DNA of 64,000 nt, taken from the IMG/VR virus record IMGVR_UViG_3300024302_000003, one strand, 5' to 3'. Below the pieces are notes generated by a model. It did not search any database and was not told the origin of the DNA. It saw only the letters and a list, made by a program, of their open reading frames with translations. A program made the position numbers and the translations under genes. Origin of the DNA: an uncultured virus (IMG/VR IMGVR_UViG_3300024302_000003) (taxonomy: Duplodnaviria; Heunggongvirae; Uroviricota; Caudoviricetes). Of the stretch, positions 48,669 to 59,585 are shown piece after piece (position 1 is the first letter of the stretch; every line of letters begins with the position of its first letter).

Positions 48669-49452
48669 TCTTCAGTTTCTGTTTAATGTAAATATCACGC
48701 CAGGATTTAAACCACATCTCAGGTTTAAACTCGTGCATGCCAAAGTGTCCCGTCCACATGTTTGCGTCTAGCCCAACGTTTAAGCCTTTTTGCGTAAGGT
48801 AATCGCAAAATACCAAGTCTTCGCCGATCATACGCTTGTTGTCTTCTGAAACTGCCAAAAAGAAAAGCTTCTGCTTATCCAAACCCTTTTCTCTTATTTT
48901 GTTTAAATCAATAACTGTACAAGCAAGACCAGAGTGTGCTACTTTGTGTACGCCTTTTTCTGGGACATCTTCGGGAGTAAGGATTGGATGACCTTTATCA
49001 TCTGTCCTTATACCTACTGTAGGACTAAAAGGAGGTACACGCTTAATCGAAAGTGATGAGCACATAACAAAGTCGTTCTCTATGCAATCTTTTACAAGTC
49101 TTATGCATGTGTCTGGCTGAAAACTCATATCATCATCGATAAACCATAGCCAGCGTACGTCTTCTTTTAAGGCTAGATTAAGTGATTCTTGTCTAGCAAT
49201 CTGTATAAGACTCCCAGCATGGCTATAGAACATAACACCTTTAAAAAGATTTAGGTAGGGCTGTGAGCTAAATAACGACTTAACTGTGCCACTATTTATA
49301 TTATGCCTACCCGTAGGTATAGCTACCATAATAGGTCCTCTATGCTCCTCGTCTATATCCATATAAGAGGGAGGAGGCAGTACTATGCCTGGTTGCATTT
49401 CAGGTGCTTCGAGACCTTGTAGTGGTTTTAATTTACGTTTCTTCTGTGTCAT
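48658..49452 (-). CDS. GT2-like glycosyltransferase
   Basis: IMVAIP, IARQ, FIDDDM, GEDLVFC, TGH. Confidence 0.8.
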   Translation of the reverse strand: MTQKKRKLKPLQGLEAPEMQPGIVLPPPSYMDIDEEHRGPIMVAIPTGRHNINSGTVKSLFSSQPYLNLFKGVMFYSHAGSLIQIARQESLNLALKEDVRWLWFIDDDMSFQPDTCIRLVKDCIENDFVMCSSLSIKRVPPFSPTVGIRTDDKGHPILTPEDVPEKGVHKVAHSGLACTVIDLNKIREKGLDKQKLFFLAVSEDNKRMIGEDLVFCDYLTQKGLNVGLDANMWTGHFGMHEFKPEMWFKSWRDIYIKQKLKNDG

Positions 49453-50050
49453 TTTTTAAATGGGCTGTATCTTTAACAATACCTAAAAGAATTACTTGTG
49501 GGTAGTCCTCTGTAGATATCTGGATGGAAAAATTAGTATTGGGCTTTAGACCCTTAGTGCTAAATCGTACTGTCGCTTTGCCATCGTACTCTGCAATAAA
49601 AGTACGGCTCAGTGTTCCATTTTGCACCTTTAATCTTACAGGAAACCCTTCTGTATGTCTATATATTCTTCCATTCTCTACAGTACTTTTAATAGTTAAA
49701 ATATACTCTCTATCTGGAAAGACTACGGGATGCGGAAAATCTTGTGGGTCCATTAAGGCAAAAGGCGTATTAAGCGCCGCCGTAATATTAGGGTCTTTGA
49801 CCTTAATTAAGTCATTGTCCACAAACTTAAGAATCTTCCCTCCCTCAGGTACTTTACCTTTGTATAAAGTAAACGCTAAACCTTTAAAGGTTCTTTTTAA
49901 CGCCTCTATTTTTTCGACACCTTTAGGTATCTGATGAAGTATATTTATAACATCCAGAGTATCTGGATCAAAAATAATGACCTTATAATCCGAAAAAACT
50001 CTTGGATCAGGCGTTACATGTGTTTGGGGTTCTCTTCTACTCTTGTTCAT
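49433..50050 (-). CDS. hypothetical protein with Ig-like C-terminus
   Basis: VRLKVQNGTLS...DGKATVRF. Confidence 0.45.
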   Translation of the reverse strand: MNKSRREPQTHVTPDPRVFSDYKVIIFDPDTLDVINILHQIPKGVEKIEALKRTFKGLAFTLYKGKVPEGGKILKFVDNDLIKVKDPNITAALNTPFALMDPQDFPHPVVFPDREYILTIKSTVENGRIYRHTEGFPVRLKVQNGTLSRTFIAEYDGKATVRFSTKGLKPNTNFSIQISTEDYPQVILLGIVKDTAHLKNDTEET

Positions 50051-50573
50051 CTTTTAAAATGGCTAAAACTTTATTATTAGCATCATATAAACGGGTTAGG
50101 AACAAACCATAGTTTTCTATTTTTTTAGAATAATAAAAGATATCCCTAATGTTAGTAGTTAAACACCTAGACATTACCATGTCATGTAGTTTAGTCCACT
50201 TCTCCATTAAGAATTCGTGTGATTTTTTATCTAAAAATTTAAACCAGTCTACATGTGGTGCAGTATCCCATGTCCAATCCTTAAATATATAAGTTTTCTC
50301 TGTAGAAACACCATTGTTTAGCGTTGTCTCGTATATAGTAGGACGGCTTTGAGTAGCATACTGAAACATAAGTGCCTTAGCTAAAATAGGTTGTCCAGTA
50401 AGATAGCCACCCTTTTTATGTACTATATCGCAAAACTCTACCTCAGTTAAACCTTTTTCTATTTTAGAAAAAAGCGTATTTATACCCAAACTCTGCGCCA
50501 AGAGATTAACCCATAAAGTATCTTGCTTTATATCGGTAATAAGTGTCTGCTCTTTCATATTTTTAATTGTAGC

Positions 50574-53495
50574 CTAACTCCCCAGGTCATGCCAGTCTTT
50601 TCTGTAAAAAACCTCATCTGGCGTCTGTATCCCATCTAACTCTCTTGTGTGATTATGTACAGAAATAGTGGGATCAAGAGGACCAAACGCACTCCAAGAA
50701 ACTAAACCGTGCCTAGCCTCACCGTAGTTTAAATTACCTCCAGCCTCTGTTCGACAGATAACATGAAAGCCTATATGATGATCTACTTCGTCAATACTAT
50801 GGTCGTTACGTCGCTGCGGCTGGTAGACCGGTAAAGCCAGTTCAGACAAAAGGGGGACTGTGTAATCAAAAGTATACTGAGCCATGCCTAGGCTATAGTC
50901 GTTTTTAAAATTTTGTCCTTCAGGAGCCCATGTAATTGGTGATATAATTACAACTATATTATTAATGGTAAAACTTTTAAAGCCTATATGAGCAAAATTC
51001 GCTGCATCTGCTGCCCCTGCGATGCTAAAAATACCATCATGACACTCAGAGGGGTGTTCAGCAAAGTACTGTTTTAAAGCCTCTGATTGATACTCCTCGT
51101 TACGTGTAAAGGGGTCCGCAAAACCAGTATTACCAAAATAGACACCTTGTTCAAATTCTGGTACACTAGGAAAGTGACTTAAAGGATGGCCGGGACTTCT
51201 CTGTACAGCCCCTAAAGTTAGATTAACGAAAGAGCCTCCAAAGGCATACCCATGCGCTGTTCCAATAGGCTGATGAGCGGAAGCTACGCCATCGCTAATT
51301 CTATTGACAACCTGAATTAAAGACTCACCTGGCGTTACATTGCCAGTTAACATATCGGAAAAACTCTTTACGATTGTTCCCTCGTCATCATAAGTAACGT
51401 TGGCATCTCTTTTATGTACTCTGGGTGCCTCCGGAGCCTCATAGAACCCAAAACAATCCATCCAAGGCTGAAGGTAAGCATCTAAAGCCGCATAGGTGAC
51501 GATAGGATTATTTTCGCTAAAGTATTCATCCTTATCAATATTAGCTGTATACACACCATAAGAGTTTGTTAAATATCCCCCATTCGCATCTTTCGCGAGC
51601 TTTCCTTCATGATACCAGCCACCTTCCTCTGTAGGACTACCTGTATAGTAATTTAGTTTATTAGCATTCTCGAGAGATGCGCCCACTCCAAGAGGTACAT
51701 CATAGAACATTGACACGCTCATAGTTAAGGTTGAAAAAAGAGAAGCGTCTGCATTAGTAGAAATACCCCCTATACCAGCCAAAGACTCATATGTTACAAA
51801 ATAATTACCGTTAAAAGCTGTACCAGCTACGTCTGCAAATTCAAACGTCGAGGCCGCATCATCAAAATATCTTTCTTCATCTACATTAAAAAGTGCCTCG
51901 GCTATTCCAGGCTTACTCACAGCGTCATCCAGTCCAGCAAAAGTTCTAGATCCATAAAGGAATTCTTTAGTTCTAGGTAACATGTAAGAAGGTCTAAAAT
52001 TGAGAGCGTTTATGGATCTAAAGGGGATGGTTTCGTGCGCGTGGGCAAACTCACGCGCTTGCACAATAGGATTAGTCCCTATCTCTATAGCACTACTATT
52101 TTTATCATAAACATAACGTTGACCCCCTTCTTCATTTAGAATAGGTGTAGTAGTTGAAAGCATATCTAATCTGTTGGCGATAAAATGATCGCTAGGAGCT
52201 AATTTACCATCTACAAAAACTTGTAATTCCCCCGATTCTACTTTATAAGGCGTAGTTGTTGCCATATAGGAGTAAGGGAGTTCAGCATGCTTAGAGTGTC
52301 CATCCACGATAGGTAAAAGCGCGTCATAATCTGTCTCCGTAAGAGTTGTTGTAGGATCATCCATAACACGAACGAGTAGTTCGTTATTACTTAGCCCGCG
52401 TACAAAAACGATAAAAAGGTCTGTTATAGCTTGTCCATTATAGTTATCTGTTACAAAACCACTCTGCACATGACCCCAGTTTTCGCGTGCTTTAATCTGT
52501 ATAGCATCCTTAACGCTTTCGATAGTACCCATTGAAGCTACCTCTACTCTATCCGCACTCAGTAAGGTATAGCCTCCTGCAGATGACCTAGCAAAAACTA
52601 TAGGCTGTAATTTACCTTCCTGTACTTGCGAAGCAACTCTCCTATCAAACATGAATTTAGGTTCTGAGACTCCCTCATTATAGTTAAAAGAAATCTTTTG
52701 AGTAGCATAAAAATCCTCGGAATATAATATGTCAATGAATGATTGAGTATATGATTCCTCAAATGTGCGTGCACCATCACTTACAGTGCAGAGTGATATC
52801 CCCCCTCTAATAATTAGAGAACCAGGACTTTCAATAAAGAAATGTGTATTTTCTTCTAATAACTCCCCTTGATAGAAAACCAATAAATTGGGCGAGCCTG
52901 ATATTAAAGAGATGCTAGATACCTCCAGTCTATAACCACTAGCGCCTCCGCTTAGAAGAGTAGGATTCTCATAAGCTTTAAAAGCCATATTGGATTCTGT
53001 GCGTAAGCCACTAGTTACATCAGAAGCTATTTCATCGATAGCTGTGTGTGAAGCTGGCTTATAAAAGGGTTTTCTTGTGTCCTTATAAACTCCCGTAGAG
53101 ACACCTTCTGTAAATTTAAAAGGTGGCGTATAGTAGCCAATAATAGCCATTTCTTCTGTTACACTCATGGGGTCTATTAGATCAATAGAAACAGGTGTAT
53201 CTTCTTTATTGTTAGACGTATGACCAACTATTAACTTGGGTGATGTAGGCGTAACCCTATAGTTTAATTCAGTATCAGCTGTAATACGTACAAAAATACC
53301 ATTAGAACAGAAAATTCCCGGACCTATCCGCAAGAGTAGAGCACCGAAACTATCCTCTTCTAGAGCAAGAAGAGAAAAGCCAGAAACTACAAAATTCTTC
53401 CCAAAGAGCGCCTTATGATTCTCATTAAAAGTAGTTGAAGTATAGCGAGAACCATACGCTATACTTTTTGAAATCAGTGTTTTGTCAATTTTCAT
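50574..53495 (-). CDS. large virion protein (paralog of 53492..57265)
   Basis: LVFYQGELL and LQVFVDG repeats; collinear blocks shared with its neighbour. Confidence 0.65.
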   Translation of the reverse strand: MKIDKTLISKSIAYGSRYTSTTFNENHKALFGKNFVVSGFSLLALEEDSFGALLLRIGPGIFCSNGIFVRITADTELNYRVTPTSPKLIVGHTSNNKEDTPVSIDLIDPMSVTEEMAIIGYYTPPFKFTEGVSTGVYKDTRKPFYKPASHTAIDEIASDVTSGLRTESNMAFKAYENPTLLSGGASGYRLEVSSISLISGSPNLLVFYQGELLEENTHFFIESPGSLIIRGGISLCTVSDGARTFEESYTQSFIDILYSEDFYATQKISFNYNEGVSEPKFMFDRRVASQVQEGKLQPIVFARSSAGGYTLLSADRVEVASMGTIESVKDAIQIKARENWGHVQSGFVTDNYNGQAITDLFIVFVRGLSNNELLVRVMDDPTTTLTETDYDALLPIVDGHSKHAELPYSYMATTTPYKVESGELQVFVDGKLAPSDHFIANRLDMLSTTTPILNEEGGQRYVYDKNSSAIEIGTNPIVQAREFAHAHETIPFRSINALNFRPSYMLPRTKEFLYGSRTFAGLDDAVSKPGIAEALFNVDEERYFDDAASTFEFADVAGTAFNGNYFVTYESLAGIGGISTNADASLFSTLTMSVSMFYDVPLGVGASLENANKLNYYTGSPTEEGGWYHEGKLAKDANGGYLTNSYGVYTANIDKDEYFSENNPIVTYAALDAYLQPWMDCFGFYEAPEAPRVHKRDANVTYDDEGTIVKSFSDMLTGNVTPGESLIQVVNRISDGVASAHQPIGTAHGYAFGGSFVNLTLGAVQRSPGHPLSHFPSVPEFEQGVYFGNTGFADPFTRNEEYQSEALKQYFAEHPSECHDGIFSIAGAADAANFAHIGFKSFTINNIVVIISPITWAPEGQNFKNDYSLGMAQYTFDYTVPLLSELALPVYQPQRRNDHSIDEVDHHIGFHVICRTEAGGNLNYGEARHGLVSWSAFGPLDPTISVHNHTRELDGIQTPDEVFYRKDWHDLGS

Positions 53496-56400
53496 GTTTT
53501 AGTAAAGAAATTTTCTTTTGTTGAGCCCCCTCCAGTGTAAGTAGGGGTTATAGTTTTTAAAGGTCCCGATACGAAAAATTGAAGAGGTATATTAGCGTAA
53601 CCAAAGTAATTTCCGACATTACCATCGTCAAACTTTATACAGCCCCGCTCGTATCCTTTTATATCAATACTTCCGCTAAAACCAAAAGGACGTAGACCAA
53701 ATTTACCATTTTTTTCTTCCAGATAATAGGTTAGGCGACGGGCCGAGCTTGTTCTACAGACATAAGCGCCTAAAGGTTTTATATCGTCCGTGTCTTGATT
53801 AAAGTCAAACTGTGTGCCGGCTCCTGCGAAGCCGGCGCCGACGGCGTTTCCATAAAAGGCGAATTCCGACATTGTTAACCAGCCGGGTATATAAGGCACA
53901 GCAAATATGAAACCCATGCCCGCCAAAATAAAGGCGGCGAGCATTCCCCAATCACAAGAATCCCAACAACTGGGGTCGTCCGGGCGCTCAAGATCATGCA
54001 CTAGTACGTCAGGTGCCCATATTTGACCTATGGGATTGATGTGAACTTGATAATTATTACGTCCGCCTTTTTTACTTATATAAGTTCTATCTGCTAATGA
54101 GTAGTGAACTCGCCGCCAACCATCCCTCCCCTGTGTAGCATAAGTGTTGGTTCTGTAATTGTCTGTATAAGTAAAGCCTGTTAAATAGCCTGCCTCTAGA
54201 ACACCTGTAGCTCCCTCGTGGGTATCAATATAGCCATCGCGCAAGGTAAAGCCCCCCTTGTGCGGGTAACACTTATTAGTATGATCTCCCGCTGGGTCTA
54301 AAATTATGCCAGAAGCATCAGCTTGCGAAAAGGCGGTGCCGCTCCATATGTTAGATTTATTCTCTTGTTGATCTCTGTCAGAGTATTCATCTGGGCGCAA
54401 GAAGCCTTTATGCCCAGTATAAAAACCAGCATCATATCCCCCTTCTACGTTGCCATAAGGAAAGTCCTTATAACGTGTTTCATGATAGTTAGTACTCCTA
54501 TAAGCAGCTGAATTATATGTTGGAATCCGTTCCCTATTCCAAATACCCAAAGAGCCTCTATCTGGTGTACCATATCCACCATAGTCACCATAGAAAAACC
54601 TCTTTCCACCAACCTCATCTCTTGGAGAGGTGCCTTGTCCTAATGGATCATTTAGAATTCTACTTTTTGACCACTCATAAGGCTCAACGATACCATCTTC
54701 CATGTTGAAAAAAGAATTAGACCACATATAGCCCAGACCCCACCCATAGCCCGCTCTAGCAATATCCACATCGTACATCTTAGTCATTACCTGAGTTATA
54801 CTGTCTGTATCTGTTAGGTTAAAGAGTTTTTTTGCGTTTGCGTTTACTTGCCCACCAAAAGATTTAATTATTTCATTAAAACCGTCTTCAGAATATTGGA
54901 CACCTGCGTCTCTGAAAATTTCTCTTGTCCCATCACCTCTGTCTAAGTAGAACCCAAAAGTCTCTGCAAATTTATTTAAGAAAGAATCGATCGAAGCCAT
55001 ATCAGAGATAGGATTAAGGTCAGAGAAAAACGTCTCCACATCTACTTTATCTGTATAACGGCCAGTCGTAGAGCTTTTAATTGTCTTATTAGTAGGCCCT
55101 TTCGGAGGGGAGGCTGTGGGATCAGTACCTATTAATCCATCTGGATGCATTTCTTTCGCCTGCATAAAGGCCTTGCCTACATTCATAGGCACATCAGACA
55201 TTAAATGTACTTCCATGGTAGCGAAAAGACTTTTATTTTTTTGAGGCCACCTTCCACTTTCTTCATCATACCCCGGCATTATATAACCAAAATCCGTGTA
55301 AGTAGGATCAGAGGTAAATCCCATCAACGAATCAATTGTAACAAAGTAATTTTGGTTGAAGGCCATATTGGAAGCTACAAATTCTTGCGGTGGTAGGCCA
55401 TTAGGATTAAAATGTCTAGGATCACTACTGTTCCCTGTTTGATCCTTATTACCTGCATAGGTATCCTCCTCTAAAAGAGGGCTTCCATGATAAGGATAAT
55501 TAAAAATAGCGCGTCCAACCGCAGCAGGGGGGTCTGTTAATTCTTCGAACGAATAAGCTTTTCTGGTTATATTAATAGTCTCTTTCTGCTTACCAGAAGA
55601 AGCGAAGCGTACAGACACAAGAGAATTAAACTCTTCTATATCATGTTCTAGAGTCTGCTCATAATAATCACCTAATGGCGTATCTATAATATTAGCAGGT
55701 GTGGGACTGACTTTTATCTTATCGACAGCTGGTTCACTAACAAAAGCCTGGCGACTTTCACTAGTAGCAAAATCAACGTCGTACATTGTAAAAGAAGCTG
55801 TTGAAACATTAGCCCATGAATGCTCTGGGTAGCTAAGACGACCATTTACCCATACCTGCATATCGTTGGAATCCTGATAGCCTAGATATTTTGTATTGCT
55901 GTATGAGCCTCTTATGTCCTCAACAGTGTTGTTCATCGTTCCGTGACTTTGGTGTTTTGGAGCCTCAACGCCAGCATTGATAACATCTATACCTGTTAAA
56001 TCAGTAACGCCTACTATTGAGACATGACTAATCACTTGTTCCTGATCTAAAGTATTGATAGAGGTAGCTTTACCAAATCCGCCATTATAATAAGCTTCTT
56101 CCGTAATCCACCAGGACCTAACATTTCCATCGACATCTGCTTCAAACTCAACCCTAGGCTTTAATGTAAAGGTCCCAGTATTCGTATCTACATCATAACG
56201 TGTTGGTGGCAACAAAAACCCATTTGTAAACACGAGGTAGTCTGTTAAACCAGCTTTCATGCCCTCATGATAGTTTGCAGGTAGCTCAATTGTGGGGTTA
56301 GCCTCGCCATTAAAAGCAACCTCATACCTCCATTGAATATTCTCACTGTATAGAGAAGAAAAAGAACCCGAAGTTAGTTCAGTAGACTCTATACCATTTG

Positions 56401-57265
56401 AAGAAGAGAAATAAGGATTTTCTGTATAAGTTATCGAATTATCGAGACCTCCAGCTTTCTTTTTGCTCCAAACGATTAAAGAACCAGGTGATTCTCTAAT
56501 ATAGTCAGCTCCGTCCCTTAATAAACGTCCATTAATAAAAAATAGATGATGCTGGTCATCATTTGATGGGACACCCATATCTACACGATATGCCCAGTCT
56601 AAAGCGGTTATCTCATCGCGTATCGAGAAAATTAGATTCTCCGTCGTCGTGGGTTCATCTAAATTAAATGTCCATTGTGGACCTACCTCTAGAAAATGAG
56701 CATGTAGATCTTTACCAGTACCAGCAAAACTACTAATCTTTCCGCTAGGAGCTGGAAGCCATCTCCATGTATGCTTTTTGTCAATATCTCGTTCATCTTC
56801 TTCTACAGCATCTGCTATACCTTCTACAAAATAAGTACCTGTTATAGGTGAAGGATAGAAAACACCTATCAACACTTCCGTAGGACCTAACTTGACGCCT
56901 TCAGTAGTCGATTGTTTATAATCAACAGTGACCGGGCTCGTTTCTATAGAATTAAGTGTACTGGCATATATAAGCAAACCAGCCTGAGCCTGATCTACCT
57001 CTAACGTTGGGGAAATATCTAAATTAAAAGAATCCTTAATCTCTACCGCAACGCCGTTGGATACAAATGAACCAGCTGAAAACTGTAAAGTGCATCCTTC
57101 CGTCACGGTTGCCTGGTTGCCTTCCTGAACGGCTAGAAGCCTAAACCCATCCAGTTTAAAACCCTGACCCATGCTCATGCGTACATCTGCAGATAAGGCA
57201 TCTGACACGAGGGGTTCATTGTAATAAAAGCTTTTTGCGTATAATCCTTTTGGAATCTCTGCCAT
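53492..57265 (-). CDS. large virion protein (paralog of 50574..53495)
   Basis: FINGRLL..DY, VFTNGFLL and VWVNGRL repeats; shared blocks. Confidence 0.65.
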   Translation of the reverse strand: MAEIPKGLYAKSFYYNEPLVSDALSADVRMSMGQGFKLDGFRLLAVQEGNQATVTEGCTLQFSAGSFVSNGVAVEIKDSFNLDISPTLEVDQAQAGLLIYASTLNSIETSPVTVDYKQSTTEGVKLGPTEVLIGVFYPSPITGTYFVEGIADAVEEDERDIDKKHTWRWLPAPSGKISSFAGTGKDLHAHFLEVGPQWTFNLDEPTTTENLIFSIRDEITALDWAYRVDMGVPSNDDQHHLFFINGRLLRDGADYIRESPGSLIVWSKKKAGGLDNSITYTENPYFSSSNGIESTELTSGSFSSLYSENIQWRYEVAFNGEANPTIELPANYHEGMKAGLTDYLVFTNGFLLPPTRYDVDTNTGTFTLKPRVEFEADVDGNVRSWWITEEAYYNGGFGKATSINTLDQEQVISHVSIVGVTDLTGIDVINAGVEAPKHQSHGTMNNTVEDIRGSYSNTKYLGYQDSNDMQVWVNGRLSYPEHSWANVSTASFTMYDVDFATSESRQAFVSEPAVDKIKVSPTPANIIDTPLGDYYEQTLEHDIEEFNSLVSVRFASSGKQKETINITRKAYSFEELTDPPAAVGRAIFNYPYHGSPLLEEDTYAGNKDQTGNSSDPRHFNPNGLPPQEFVASNMAFNQNYFVTIDSLMGFTSDPTYTDFGYIMPGYDEESGRWPQKNKSLFATMEVHLMSDVPMNVGKAFMQAKEMHPDGLIGTDPTASPPKGPTNKTIKSSTTGRYTDKVDVETFFSDLNPISDMASIDSFLNKFAETFGFYLDRGDGTREIFRDAGVQYSEDGFNEIIKSFGGQVNANAKKLFNLTDTDSITQVMTKMYDVDIARAGYGWGLGYMWSNSFFNMEDGIVEPYEWSKSRILNDPLGQGTSPRDEVGGKRFFYGDYGGYGTPDRGSLGIWNRERIPTYNSAAYRSTNYHETRYKDFPYGNVEGGYDAGFYTGHKGFLRPDEYSDRDQQENKSNIWSGTAFSQADASGIILDPAGDHTNKCYPHKGGFTLRDGYIDTHEGATGVLEAGYLTGFTYTDNYRTNTYATQGRDGWRRVHYSLADRTYISKKGGRNNYQVHINPIGQIWAPDVLVHDLERPDDPSCWDSCDWGMLAAFILAGMGFIFAVPYIPGWLTMSEFAFYGNAVGAGFAGAGTQFDFNQDTDDIKPLGAYVCRTSSARRLTYYLEEKNGKFGLRPFGFSGSIDIKGYERGCIKFDDGNVGNYFGYANIPLQFFVSGPLKTITPTYTGGGSTKENFFTKT

Positions 57266-57339
57266 AATTCATATTGTATTATTTTTAGTCTGTTAATGCA
57301 TATCTGTATATTTAGTCAGTATCTTTGGTATAATAAATT

Positions 57340-57660
57340 ATGACAAATAAACACCACCCGATGATTCTAAAAGTGGGCTATAAAACATTTAAAATAATAC
57401 ATGAAGACTTAACAGATTATGGCGCTTATGGGTACACGGATATGGCTACGCATACTATAGGTATCCATAAAAATCAATTAGAAGCAGATTATAAAGGTAC
57501 CCTATTGCATGAGATACTGCATGTAGGTTACGAAGTCTTTGCGCTTGGTGCAGACAGCCTGCCTAGGATAAAAAATGAACAACTAGTATCTACTACTAGC
57601 AATATGCTTCAAGTTCTTCATGGTTTAAATCCAAAGTTATTTAAATACATATTTAGTTAA
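57340..57660 (+). CDS. small HExxH metallopeptidase-like protein
   Basis: TLLHEILH...NEQLV. Confidence 0.6.
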   Translation: MTNKHHPMILKVGYKTFKIIHEDLTDYGAYGYTDMATHTIGIHKNQLEADYKGTLLHEILHVGYEVFALGADSLPRIKNEQLVSTTSNMLQVLHGLNPKLFKYIFS

Positions 57661-58327
57661 CTTTTATTTTATGTAGTAAAGTAATAGGAGCGACCAATTC
57701 TCTATTCTTGGCTTTTTCATTTAACTGTTTTACAAGGTTCGCTTTAGTTATACGTTTATTCTCAAGCAACGAATTAACTCTTTGTTTCTGGAGTCTGCTA
57801 GAGGCGCCTATTAAAGAAGCGGTAGTGCCACCAACAGCAGCACCTTCCACTACTTTCCGCCGAAACCCTTTGGTACCGAAAGCGCGGCCTACGCCTCCTT
57901 TTATAGCTCCCAAAGTTGCACCTGCCACAGCCCCTATTCCAAACTGCTGGCTTAGTGCTTTTGGGCTAAGAGGGTGTTTCACGTCTTCATACAAAATCTC
58001 TGTTGCTACCTTTATCAGGCGCGTGTTTTTTGCGCCGGCACCCATTTTTTTAATCGCTTTGCCTATACGATAGTCTATATTCTTCGGGGAGCGACCTGGA
58101 CAAAACTTAGAGAAATAAGACATAAAAGCTGCAGTTTTAGTAGGCTCATTTCCAATAACCTTTGGAGCGCTTTTTGCTGTGCTTCTCGCAGCTCTTACAT
58201 AACTCTTAACGTTAGTGAAGCCCCTGCGAGTAATAAACTCTTCAAAATGCTCTTTATAAGACGCACCGCTTGTATCTACCATACGCTTTAATCCCGTATC
58301 CCTACTCTTACGTTCCTGAAAAACCAT
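57653..58327 (-). CDS. basic glycine-zipper protein, candidate internal virion protein
   Basis: KTAA and KVAT motifs; GAVAGATLGA. Confidence 0.45.
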   Translation of the reverse strand: MVFQERKSRDTGLKRMVDTSGASYKEHFEEFITRRGFTNVKSYVRAARSTAKSAPKVIGNEPTKTAAFMSYFSKFCPGRSPKNIDYRIGKAIKKMGAGAKNTRLIKVATEILYEDVKHPLSPKALSQQFGIGAVAGATLGAIKGGVGRAFGTKGFRRKVVEGAAVGGTTASLIGASSRLQKQRVNSLLENKRITKANLVKQLNEKAKNRELVAPITLLHKIKVN

Positions 58328-58328
58328 G

Positions 58329-58994
58329 CTACCCTCTTTGCTGTTCCTTTCTGTCTGCTTCCTTTAGTCCTTTATTTAAAATCTTTAAAGCTCTCTCTTT
58401 GGCTGGATCTATAGGCGCGCCTTCTTCTTTAGCCTTTTTTAGGGTTTTTAACAAGTTAGGCAACGCGGATGTTTTTACAAAAGCTTGTTCTGGTTTTATA
58501 AACAAGGAAGCAGTCTTCTCTTCTGATAGTTCATGTTCTTTTATATGTTTACGTCTTCTTTCATTTTTACTAACAGCAGCCCTAACAGAAGCGTCTAATA
58601 AAATCTGTCTTTTTAACGCATCTAATTCTTCTTTTCTTTCTTTAGCCACATCATGCCCTCCATGCCACCAATAAGCTCCCGTAGCGGCTCCAGCTACTTG
58701 AAAAGGCGCATAACGAGTTAAGTATAATTTACCCAAGCCCTTTAAAGTTAGCAGATCTTTCGGTTTTAACGTTCTATTTTTGACGCCTGCCACAAGAGAG
58801 CGCACTAAATTAACTGTTCCTAAAGCCCCTCCGCCCATATGTCCCAGTCTAGCTCCATGACTAGTTTGGAGCTTTCTAGCTCCATAAGCATCTATACCAG
58901 CCGCTTCGCCTGTCAACATGCCAGAAGGCTGTAGGGCAGTAACAGCCGCCAGCCCAGTAGACATTAAACGAGCGCGTTGTAGTTCAGAAAGCAT
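58329..58994 (-). CDS. basic glycine-zipper protein, candidate internal virion protein
   Basis: EKTAS and VKTSA; GHMGGGALG. Confidence 0.45.
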   Translation of the reverse strand: MLSELQRARLMSTGLAAVTALQPSGMLTGEAAGIDAYGARKLQTSHGARLGHMGGGALGTVNLVRSLVAGVKNRTLKPKDLLTLKGLGKLYLTRYAPFQVAGAATGAYWWHGGHDVAKERKEELDALKRQILLDASVRAAVSKNERRRKHIKEHELSEEKTASLFIKPEQAFVKTSALPNLLKTLKKAKEEGAPIDPAKERALKILNKGLKEADRKEQQRG

Positions 58995-59581
58995 TAAAAT
59001 TTATTCAAATATTCAGCTACTTTCTTTAATTGCTTTTCTTTATTTTTATGATAAAGATGCGTACCACCTATACCAGCTGCGCCTACAGCGCCTGTACCAA
59101 TAGCTATTTCCTTACTTGTCTTAGCTGCTTGGACTGCTCCTCTTTTTCCCTTATTAGCTTTGGCTGCTACGTCTCGAGCACGCTTCTCTCTCTTCGCTAA
59201 CTCAGCATTTTTACTTTTTAAACGCGTATTAGCGCTCCTCACCTGAGAAGGTTCCGGTGCTGGTTTAGGTGCAGCGCTCGGTGCTGGTTTAGGTACACCA
59301 GCTTTCTTGCCAGTTCTAATAGTAGCCATAGTAGCTTCATGTTTACTTCTATAGTTCTTGCCTCCAGCAGACCTGTAACGGCCAAAGCCTCTCGACTGTA
59401 CGGCACCCTTACTCTTGCTTACTGTACTTGTAGGCGCTTTACCGCTTCGCTTAATAGCTCGACCTGCTTTCTGAACACCCCTACCTACGCCACGCGTAAC
59501 GGCTTGGACACTTTCTGTAAGCATATTAGCCTCTTTTTCCAAAGCAACTTCTGTTAAGTATTCTTTTAATTTGTTATTCAT
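58994..59581 (-). CDS. very basic K/A/G-rich protein, candidate internal virion protein
   Basis: LEKEAN, KKVAE, PKPAP repeat, GTGAVGAAGIGG. Confidence 0.45.
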   Translation of the reverse strand: MNNKLKEYLTEVALEKEANMLTESVQAVTRGVGRGVQKAGRAIKRSGKAPTSTVSKSKGAVQSRGFGRYRSAGGKNYRSKHEATMATIRTGKKAGVPKPAPSAAPKPAPEPSQVRSANTRLKSKNAELAKREKRARDVAAKANKGKRGAVQAAKTSKEIAIGTGAVGAAGIGGTHLYHKNKEKQLKKVAEYLNKF

Positions 59582-59585
59582 ATTA

